In this document: positions 1 through 10,682 of the stretch, piece after piece
Position numbering within the stretch: the stretch's first letter is position 1
How the letters are laid out: each line of letters opens with the position of its first letter
Assembly (NCBI GenBank): GCA_002269645.1
Contig: NIVC01002446.1
Location: 108,964 to 172,963, forward strand
Length of the DNA: 64,000 bases
Direction: 5' to 3'
From: Macrostomum lignano
Taxonomy: Eukaryota
Notes under the pieces: model-generated
The model's input: only the letters and a program-made list of their open reading frames with translations
The model's database searches: none
What the model was told of the DNA's origin: nothing
Made by a program: the position numbers and the translations under genes

Positions 1-292
1 GCGTGCGAAACGTTGGCCGCTTGTTCGCGTGCCGAAACTTGTGCCCGGACAGGGTCTCGACCAGGGCCAGCAGTTTCAGGCCGTCGGCCAGATCGCACTG
101 CAGATCAGTCACGTACTTGTTCGAGTCCTTGAGTCGCTCGTTAACCCAACGGGTGAAGGTGTTTTTCTGGATGATCTTCCATTCGGCGTCCTCGGCCAGG
201 TCTCTGTCGGCGCCCAGCATCTCGTCTTCGTCCGTGTAGCCGCCTTCGTCATCGTAGTAATCATAATCGTACCGATCGAAATTATCGTCCAT
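1..292 (-). CDS. FLN: Filamin, 5' coding region (N-terminal calponin-homology actin-binding domain); runs off the window start
   Basis: Manual translation of the minus strand from ATG at 292 gives MDDNFDRYDYDYYDDEGGYTDEDEMLGADRDLAEDAEWKIIQKNTFTRWVNERLKDSNKYVTDLQCDLADGLKLLALVETLSGHKFRHANKRPTFRT. This matches the filamin CH1 signature (LAEDAxWKxIQxNTFTRWxNExL...DLxDGLxLxxLxExLS...N.RPTFR). Absent from the ORF track because there is no stop in the window. Confidence 0.93.
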   Translation of the reverse strand, partial: MDDNFDRYDYDYYDDEGGYTDEDEMLGADRDLAEDAEWKIIQKNTFTRWVNERLKDSNKYVTDLQCDLADGLKLLALVETLSGHKFRHANKRPTFRT

Positions 293-3049
293 GAAAGACT
301 AAAACAAATTTTTTGTACCCAAACTTAAAATTCTATATACTCATGGTATATGACAGTGTTTTTTTATAAGTTTAAACAGATTGGGATATATTTAACATAA
401 ATCATCTAATTATTAATAAATAATTTTATTGCTGTCGTTATCGTTGTCATGTCGTAAAATTGCCTTTTTCCAGCTTGCATCCTACGATGTAAAATTTTAC
501 TTTTTAACTTTAGCAGCAAATAACGCAAAATCTTTGTGTCGATTTTACAAGATTTCAATAACGATACTTAAAAATTACCAATCCATGCCATTAGCTGAAG
601 TTGAAAACTGCTTTTCGGATTTCTACATCTACGGATTTCTATCTGTTTTTTTACTAAACTCTTATGAAACGATGTTCCGTTGAATTTTCGAATTTTCAAA
701 ATTGTTGACAGACTATAGTTAGCATTCTGCGACTTTCTTTCTAGAATTGTCTCAATAAAAACATGCCATTTCAATTGGTAATTTACGCACTATACACTGT
801 ATTGACACTATACATGTATGAGTGACAACAAACAACAACAAACAACAACAAGCAACAACAGTAACAGTATTACACGCCACAGGGCACACATGATGTAGAC
901 TTGGGGTGGATAAACGACGGCGCAACAGGTCCCTCACTCCATCGACTATGGTTCGCTCAATTAATCCAGATAAAATAAATGTGCATAACTAAGTGCTGCT
1001 CTAAAAGCCAAATCGCTTACCCATATCCACACAATGTAAGCTTGAGCTAAAACCTATGTTGAAAGTAACAACTAAGCTAGTAAAATGCAAGCAACTGAGA
1101 ACTTACCGACATCGCACGTGAATCGAGATCGAGTTCGACTTGATCTACCAACTCCCAGCTGCACAAGATACCCCTTATAATTCTTACTTTATAAATTAAA
1201 AAACTTTGACTTTTTATATAAGTAAATTATAGCTTTAGCTGCTCTTTTCGAATCGAGCATAAATGTAACTTATCCTATAGATTAAATTCTTCCTCGCCCA
1301 CTTGCTTGAACCAGGCGCGCAGCCACGGTCACTCGTTCACTCTTTCGCTAACTATACCATCGAGCTTGTCGTGGGGGGGGGGGTTGCTGCCAACCCAAGA
1401 GGTCAACGGAGGGGTGGGCTGCGGGGACAGGTAAGATTTGGTACGTTCATTCGCTTTCCGGATGGAGGCTCTTCTGTAAAAAAGGCCAATCTTGCAATAC
1501 CATTTCGTTCACCCCCCCCCAAACTTCGCAACCATCCCGATTCCAGATCGCTTCAGCAATGGACAGGTCTAGGAACTTCTTCCCCTGTCCTACCCCACCC
1601 CGACCTAGCGCCCAAATGAGGAGTTTTAGTCAGCGTCTAAGCGCTAGGGAGTCGCGGATCAATGCAGCTGCGCCCCTGTGGGCTGCAGCCCCATCCCCAG
1701 ACCCAATCCCTCCGACTTGCCTTCTGCAGTTTACTCGACTGACGGCAAACTGCAAACTGCAGCGCTGCGCCACGATACAAACACGCTGCTAAACCCCCGC
1801 TTCAGACCTTGCGGCCCCTCTTTCCTCTTTCATCCGTCTTGATCCCCTCCCAGCCGTGTCAGTAGAAACTGCGACAGAGAGGCCTCCAGCCAGCACCCCA
1901 CGCCGAGGGACTCCTGCGAGAGAAGGCGAGCCCACCAACGCGCCCGGTACAGTCAAGGCCTTTGTGCAGGGTGGTGGGGGGCAATAATTTTCGCTGACGC
2001 TGCATCCGCAACCTCTTAGCATTTACCCATTTTATATAAGATGAATCCCTACACTGAATGCAGCTGCCTCCGTGTGCGCAAGCAGCGACAGGTCTAGTGC
2101 ATCGGAGCAAATCCCCAAGCGACACAATTCCCAACCGCAGCGACGCGCAGTGGTGCCGAATCAACCGTATTTTCTGACAAATCTTTTCCTTTACAATAAC
2201 TATTTTCTTACTCGCTTGCTTCCTCTCGGTAAAGAGAAATACCGCTTATCCCAATGTACAAGTTACAACAGTTTCTGTCTAGTGCAGTACAAAACAAGTC
2301 AATGAGGAAAAATGTAAACCTGCAATGCAATTTTTCGATATTTAACGAGCTGCAAAGGACTTCTTCTGAAATTTCCTGCACTTTAAATTCAATCCTACGA
2401 GCATTACGGAACTTATCTATTTATCCCAATCAGATCTTATGTGCATACCCTGCAAGTCGTTCCTTGATGTGGCGATTAATATTTCCACGAGTACCCCCTG
2501 AAGAGCAAGACTGAACTTTCATCTTTCATACTTCAAGTGCTCTTGTCTTTTTTATTAAAGAGGCGTGGATAAGATCCGTCTCGGATCCATAATGACCCAG
2601 ACAAAAATCTCAACATGAGTTCAGTTCGACAGCCATGGTCTATCGATTATCAACGAGTATTATATGTTAACTTTGGCATTGAAAAAGAATTGCCATATTC
2701 TCTGCTCCGTAGACTGTACAGTGTATGTATGTACACTAAACAAAAAGAGCAGAGTGGGGGTGGAAAACGTACGCCGTACACTGCACCGCACTCACCTGCA
2801 CTGCGCAACCCTCATTCCCAAGACTCAGAGTAGAGAAAGACATTCTAGCAGTGTACACTTAGCCCCTCCCTCTCTCCCTGCATACCTCGGTTGCCATTGC
2901 CAACACCGTCTGGAAGCCCGCCAATTTAAAGAGAACTCTAGCTTTACACATCGAAGCCACATACAGTTCTGCGTGTTGGTACTGAGCAAAGCTTGGACTC
3001 GTAGCAGGCATTTTACTGCATTAGTTTGATCTCAGATTAGTAGAAAACT

Positions 3050-3343
3050 ATGACGGACGTCGATGAAACGCTGAAGCGAATCCAGAGCCACAAGGGTGTG
3101 CAGGGAGTTATCATCTGCAACGAGAGCGGCATCCCGATCAAGACCAACATGGACAACTCGACCACCACCCAGTACTGCAGCTCCATGGTTCGCCTGACTG
3201 AGCGAGCTCGCAGCGCCGTCCGGGATCTGGACCCGACTAACGATTTGACATTTCTGCGCATCCGCTCCAAGAAGAACGAGATCATGGTTGCGCCAGAGAA
3301 TGACTACTTGGTCATTGTCATTCAGCAGGGCGAGAATCTGTGA
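3050..3343 (+). CDS. DYNLRB: Dynein light chain roadblock-type (LC7)
   Basis: 97-aa uninterrupted [25 protein letters not shown]...[25 protein letters not shown] matches the highly conserved roadblock/LC7 sequence. Confidence 0.97.
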   Translation: MTDVDETLKRIQSHKGVQGVIICNESGIPIKTNMDNSTTTQYCSSMVRLTERARSAVRDLDPTNDLTFLRIRSKKNEIMVAPENDYLVIVIQQGENL

Positions 3344-5919
3344 AGCAGAAAGAGATCTTCTTGCTTCGGTTATAATTTAAACCTTTTTGAACTTTCGCTA
3401 CTAAAACTTATTCTTTTGCGAAATTTATCGCTGTTGTAATAGTACAAATGTTTGTGATGAATGAAATTATTTTTGATTAAGGGGCTCTTGTTTCAATTTT
3501 GAGCTCAATTTAAAAACAATGTAGGCTGCATCTTTAAGTACCTGCCAGTTATAAGGTGTCGTTTAGTGCTTCTTTTGCTACATGTTTACAGCATGTCTAC
3601 TATAGAGCCTATCATTTTGTTTTTGAATTGGTATGTGAATTAACTAATTTGAATACAAAGCTGAAATAATTTGAAAAGGTTATCAAAGCTTGTTTTTATC
3701 CCTTTACTTTCGTATTGTAACGTTCTTCTCTGTTTCACTAATTTAAGAATGAATGTGGTTTTTTATTTTAAATCAATTTTTAACATCCCTGCGGCCTAAG
3801 AGAATGCAGATTGCAGAAGCATGTTTCAAAGAAAGATGTTCCGCTACAATTAGGGAATTTTAAGGGCTTAATTATTCCTCCATTAGTTTTTATAAGAAAT
3901 GTTTAATACACGACAAAAGTTGGAGATAGAAGAGAGCGCTTCCTTTTGATCAGCAACGACAAAATACACCTTTCGCAGGCCCGAGTGGCCACAATGGCCC
4001 AAGCGCGGATCCAGAAAATTTTTGAGGGGGGGGGGCAAGCTATACGAAGCACTACAACCCCATATTAGAAAAAAGACCTGGCATAGTAGCAGGCCAAAAA
4101 AGTATGATCAAAATTTCTTTGGCCGCGGCTGAGGGGGGGGGCATGGCACGCACGCCTTTTGGTACGCACTTCTTAAAAGTCAGCTCCCTCCGTCAGAGTG
4201 AATCAGTACGGGGGCATATCATTTATTTCGCATCCCTCAGAAGCAGCTGAAGCATCTCAGAGGTAGCGCGTCGTTCGTCCTTGGCCTCATCTCTGCGGCC
4301 GTACACAACGGCCTTAACAACAAGCCCTGCGCGGTCGTCTGACTCTCCCGACTGGATGACTTGGCCAACCAGCTTGATAAAGACTGGGAAATACTGTTAA
4401 AGGAATAAAAAACGCTTTGTTTCAATTTGGTAAATTATGCGAAAAGTAATAATTAAAGCTTCAGAGATAGGATGGGATTCCCGCGCCGATCCTGATGCTG
4501 ATTCCGAATCCTGGCATCCCGGAACTTTAATCTTGAATGCCGGCGTTCTGACAAAAATGTGAATTCCAATGCCACCCGACCTCTAGTCAGCTTTTTGGAT
4601 CTAGCTCGTACTTTAAGGGAAACTTTTTGAGATTCTGGTCCAATGGTAATTTTCTAATTACATACTCAGTCTCAGAGTCCAGTTCCATGCAATCACAGAT
4701 AACTTCTTGATATTTGGAAGCTAGTGTTACGTATATAAGTATAGGTTTTTAAGGAAGAATCAGTGATTTCATCTTTCGTTAAAGTTGTTGAGTTTATCCT
4801 GATGATAATCTCGATAGCTCATAAAGGCTATAGCTGCAAGTTCGACGTGCATTAAAATTGTACAACATGAATATTAATTTTAAATTTAGCGCATAACTCA
4901 TTTATTGTAGTTAAACAAAAATAAAAAATAAGTACGTGAATATGTGATAGTATCATGCTATTAAATTATTTAGTACTACATTAAATCTTCAACTAGTTTT
5001 AATTTTACTTTATAAGTTTCCTATAGACCCAAAATAAAACCTTTTTCACACGAACGCGACTTGCGCGCTATGAATATCTTTCAACAATGGAGTGGATGGA
5101 GTGTAGACTATAGGAAACTAAAGTGTTTGAGCAGGTTACAGATCGACTTAACATTAAGTCCTAAACCATGTTAACTTAACCTTGTCAGACAATCAGTACA
5201 GTATGGAACAATTTTTTTTCACTTTAGAAACATTTATTTAGCCGAATATTAAATAGGGCCTATTGAATTGTCCATTGTCGATATCTCGATAATAAATCAT
5301 CAAATATTAGTAGGCCCTAACTTTTAATTTTTAGAACTAAGTGTCACGAATGTTACATTATCAATTAATGGATGACAATTTATATGTCTATTTTAACAAG
5401 TGAAGGCATATTCAGGCCTATAATTTATTTGTGCTAGTTGGCTCTGTAGGCCTAATCAAAAAAATTACAGTTGTCTATTAATTTTTTTCTGAGTAATGCT
5501 CAGGCGTAAGTTAAGTCCCTTGAAATAGCTATCCTTACTGAAAATAGTGTGTATAATAATTTCCATAGTCAAAATAATTTAATAAATAGAACTAGGCCTA
5601 GACAAATCTGAATTTGTCTCTTTTTATTAGAATATTCATTTGCACCCTGGTTTTTTTTTCTAGCAAATTTAGGCCCCACCAACCAACAAAACATTTTTAG
5701 TATATAGATTATTAGACCAAATATATTTTTATCAAATAATTTCTGTATGTCAGATTTAGGCCTATCTAGTTTCAAATGTCTAAATTTCAATAGGGCCTAG
5801 TCGTATACTAGTCCCATTCCATATTCCAGATCATATAGTATATGCCTGAAAATTTTGGCATGCATTAGCCTTGCATGCCAAAAGTAGACATGCATACGTG
5901 GCATGCACTTTATAAAATT

Positions 5920-6460
5920 GGTGTAAATTTACTTTTGTTCGCAAAAATTTTTTTCTTTTAAAATAGTGCCAATGACATGAAATGACAAATGGGAGTTGTC
6001 TATAGCCCATATTAGCCACGTAGAGTTGTTTGGGGCACAAAAATTTGGCTGAGTTTTATTGAGCCCTCACTATAGTTTGGACTTTACAGACTTCGAGACT
6101 CTTCTAATTTGCAAATGGCTGGACAGCCCCCAAGACCATTGTGGATTGTGCCACTGAATGAAGTTCTGCCAGCACAGGCATTGATGGAACTAAATATGAA
6201 TTCAAGGGATCTGATAGAAGTGACGGCAAATATTGATGAGACTATGTGGTGGCTTGCTCGTCATGGACTATTGGCCAACCAACAGACGTGCCCATGTGCC
6301 GGGCATACACCGATGAATCTCCAGTACCGCAATGGAGAGGAATTCATTGATGGCTACACTTGGGACTAGTACGGGCCATAGACAACTCCCATTTGTCATT
6401 TCGCATCATTGGCACCATTTTAAAAGAAGAAAAATTCCCAAACAAAAGTAAATTTACATC
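5920..6460 (+). mobile_element. Non-autonomous Merlin (IS1595-like) DNA transposon derivative carrying the transposase N-terminus
   Basis: Imperfect TIRs of about 90 bp (5920-6008 / 6373-6460; GGTGTAAATTTACTTTTGTT...AACAAAAGTAAATTTACATC) with a near-perfect 8-bp TSD ATAAAATT/ATAAAATC. The internal ORF 6115-6369 (MAGQPPRPLWIVPLNEVLP...ETMWWLARHGLLANQQTC) is homologous to the N-terminus of the Merlin transposase at 56.5-56.9 kb. Confidence 0.8.
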
Positions 6461-7438
6461 ATAAAATCATGCAAAAAAATTATTATAAAGTAGAAAAAAG
6501 ATAAAAAAAATCATTTTTAAACATAAATTTAAAGCATTCCAGGTTTTTATGCTTGTAATAAAGTATTTAAACAAATCTTGCATGTATAAATTTTTCACTG
6601 GGAATATTATTGCTAAAAAGCAAAAAAATCAACCAAATTACTTATTGAAAGGGTCTATTATGCAATTAAAAAAGGTCATTTATTTTCATAGCATAAAAAA
6701 GATAATTTATTATCACAACACCGATGCAGTCTTGAGAATTGGCGTGCATTTGTAATTCAATTTTTGTTTAGGCATATACCTAGCATAATATAGACTATAG
6801 GTCCCATTTAAATAAAAAATCACATTTTTAGTATATTGGATTTAAACACAAAATTAAAAAATATAAAATTACTTTGAAAAAGTTCTATATTTTTTTCTTT
6901 GTTGGTATTAGTTTTGGTTTTTTTTTAAAAATTATCTAAGGGATAAGAACAGATATAAAAAATGAATAAGCTTGCTTTACTAATACTAAGCCATTCTAAC
7001 ACTTATTTTGTAGTATATGTAGTCAAAATTATTATAGTTACTATATATAGCAATGTTTTTGTTTCCCAACTAAAAGCTTATTTGGCTTTTTAATTTATTT
7101 TTCCAAAAATATATATTAGAAAAATTAATTAAAGCCTATTTCAATTGCCATAATGCTATTAATAGTTAATCAATTTTGAAATTGATTATGCCTTGATATA
7201 TTCTAGACCTAGTCTAGACTTAGACTTAGACTAGACTTATATATGTAACTATAAGCAAGAATGCAAGCATAAGCCTGCTTGCTTACATAGGAAATCGAAA
7301 GAATATTAGCATCATAATTAATAGTTAGGCTTGCACATTAGTATATAGTTGTTATTCTTTTATATACTTTCTTTCTTTATCTTTATTTGTTATTCTTCTC
7401 TTGCCTACTTTTGCTATTCTAATTAACCTCAATGGTAT

Positions 7439-7801
7439 CCAGTCAATCTGGCAACAAGATGATCTAGCGATAGACAATTTGAGAACAAGGTATACTACAA
7501 GTAAAAGCTATTTAATCCACTAACATTTATATAGATTATTAGAGCTATACTAGGCCTATTATTATTTTTAATACTAATAAATTTTTCAAACTTTTATCTA
7601 CCCAGAATTTGTGTTAAACTAAATGGAAGAGTTATGACTATATGATGTATTTGAATTACTCTAGTAACTTAAATTAGGATTGATGTATCCTAGATTAGAA
7701 CAAGAGCATTGCATGCATGTATAAAACATTAGATGCAGTCCAAAGATCCAAAAAATCTACAAAAAACTGTTGCTAGATTGTCTTGTTGCCAGATTGACTG
7801 G
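7439..7801. mobile_element. Putative MITE with TIRs of about 30 bp
   Basis: CCAGTCAATCTGGCAACAAGATGATCTAGC (7439-7468) is the reverse complement, with 2 mismatches, of GCTAGATTGTCTTGTTGCCAGATTGACTGG (7772-7801). No TSD seen. Confidence 0.45.
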
Positions 7802-10682
7802 AAGCCAAACTCAATTAGCTATTTTATTTTAGGCTTCTAAGCCACTACCAATTAGGTTTGGTCCAATTGTGACCATATATGCAATGGCCAAATATGGCTT
7901 AGTCAGGTCTTAATAGTAAGTAAGAAGTAAAATATAAACTCAAAAAGTTTATTCAGCTACTTCATTAAGTTATTGGTTAGCCACTAAAAACTATTATTGT
8001 TCAGATTGCCAACCATATGGGATGCAGCATGTACTAATGCCCTAGTTTTGGTAGTAGTAATTTGCATTGGTTAAGCATAATCATGTGTAGCTCAATTAAC
8101 TATAATGATAGTAATTATAAATTTGGCAACCCCTTTGCATAGTTTTCTTAAAATTGAAGTCCTCTCTAAGTAGATAGTCAAGGTTGACAAAGTGAAGAGC
8201 TTGGAGAACCTTGTTCTGCAATTGCAGTTATAAAAAAGTTTTTGTATATTTATATTATGTTTTTGTAGAATCCAATGCTATTGGCTAGTAATAGTGTATC
8301 TATAGTCTCATAGGTTTTCTACCTCTGATACCATGTTATAGGATGCATATGAATGTTGTATTAAGGCATAGCCATCACTGCTATGCTCAGTGTGTATGCA
8401 GCTCATGTATTTAGCATAATAAAGACAAGGGAATATCAAGGCCATAGACAAATTTGGTCTATCTACAGTAGCCACTAATCACTACATTTAAATTTTTTCA
8501 TTTCTAGTTGATTACTTCATTGGTATAATCAATGAGGTCTAATAAAGAGTTTTTCTTATTGACAATGTCTTCTTGGATAAAGTATGTTAGGATATAGTTG
8601 CAGAGGTTGTCCAATGACAATAAAAGAAGGTAGACCTGAGTAGACTTATGTAGCCCTAAATATAAAAGGCAATTGTGGGTAGCAAAGCAGTATGAGTAGT
8701 ATTGTTAAATTGTTATATGAAAAGAATAAAAAGTTCATTATTACCAACACCAAGCAAATGAGTTTGATGCAAGTTTTTAGGTTTTTTATTTAGTTATAAA
8801 CTTTAAAGACAAGATACTAATAATTACTATTAATAATAAATAGGTAAAAGAATATATGCCTTTTGCTCAAAGTTGCTCATTGCTCAATTTTTATATATGG
8901 CTTATATATTCTATATCTATCCATTATATCTATAAATTTAGCATAACATAAATCATCTAAGCATTAGAAAAAAATACTACAAAGACAATATTATTTATTT
9001 TTTATCCTTATAATTATAAATAAACTTTTATTTGCTGAAGTGACATACCTGCTTGAAGGCTTTGTTAAGACTTAAACAAAAATATTTGTTATGTCATCTA
9101 GAAGTCCTTGTCTTGCCAGAAGTGTCTAACAGCTTTATCATATATTGGATAGTATTGTGCATATGGTGCAGGCTATACCTACCTACCAACATTGATCAGG
9201 TATGATAGCTCCTCTTTTAGTTTAGCAAATAGACTATTATTTTGACCTTGGAATAAAAAGTTGCATACATTAAACATTGCATAAGAAGATATCACACCAT
9301 TCACATATAATATTACAATTTTATAAAAACTAGTAAATTTTAAATGTGTTCTAAAATGTTTAGAATTTTTTTCACCCCATTGGCTTTTACTTAGGCTATC
9401 CCTTTATGTGGACCTAGTTATAATTTGCTCTATTTTTTGCCTTCATTTTATACCTATAAAAATGGTATATTAGATTTGTATCTAACTTTTAACAGATAAT
9501 CTATGTTCTTAGTAGTCTAGATTAACCAAAAGTTATTAGGCCTAATTTTATTTTTTATTAATTGCTTTTTAGACAAATTCTATTATTCTATTATGGCTAC
9601 TTATGTTGCTAATCAATAACTAGACTAGCTGATTACCTTTAAATTTTAGGTCTACAAGCTAATCAGTTGGCAATTTGTAATTGAAAATCTAAAATTCTAA
9701 TATTATAATTGAGCTAGTTGCAATATGCAACTACTTTTTTGCAAAAAAATCAAATATTTTGTAGCCTTGGATGCAAAATATTAATGATAATTTCTTACAA
9801 AAAGACCCAGCTTATAACCTAAGTTAGTGTAAGTTAGACCTAGCAATAATTAAGAAATTAGTAGTTACATAGGTACAATGTATGCTAATTAACATCTCAG
9901 AGGTTGGATTAGATAAAAAAATTTGGAAATAAGCAGGATTTTTTAAGATCTTGGGGATTTTGGATAGCAGGAGTGAGATTGGGTTCCAATCCTACCTTCC
10001 CATAGTTCCTTCTGACACTTTGGACTCTTTATGTTCATGATGGCGTCAACGTTGGATGTCCACACATTGACATTGACCACATTGACTCAGATGGGAAAGT
10101 GGTCTTTTAGCAGCTTTTCAGCCTCTTTCGGTGATTGTTCGGTGAGTTGTTGAACATCGGTTTCCAGTCCTCCCATCTTAGCGCCGGAGTCCCTGGACTC
10201 GACAGAAACAAGGCAGGTAATGCGATGCTGACTTTGGTTCGAACTCTGCGGTCAGTTTCGACTCGTCAGGCCTAGATATCAGATTCTATCCTGCTCGCGA
10301 CGCCAAATGTGTTCTAACTGTGTAGGGCGCAAAATAGGCAGCCAGAGGCCGGTTCTTCTTGACAATGTCTTTGGACACAAAAGCTTTGTTCCCCATTTGG
10401 GAACAAAGTACATGCTTTTAGTTCCAGGCCCTCAGGCCATAACAGGTTCAGACAGTACGTCTGGGGGGGCGCAGGGAAACGCAGATGCGGACTGAGACTC
10501 ACTGACTCCTACTGCTTTAAACGTTACACAGCAACACAGTCACATCACTTATGCCACATCATATGCATAATTTAGCATCGCAACTGCATTGCAGCTCAAG
10601 GTCGTGCAACTCGCAGCACTAGCGCCCAATCTGGACCCTTTCTCTCTGACCCTTCCCCATTGCCCGGCCTCTGTGACCCCGC

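Noticed and set aside
1300-2200. GC-rich ORFs between filamin and roadblock
   Set aside because: Short ORFs in several frames without motifs or splice support. Probably regulatory or repeat DNA.
10245-10280. CTGACGAGTCGAAAC on minus, resembling a minimal hammerhead
   Set aside because: Helix I cannot pair after the candidate cleavage triplet.
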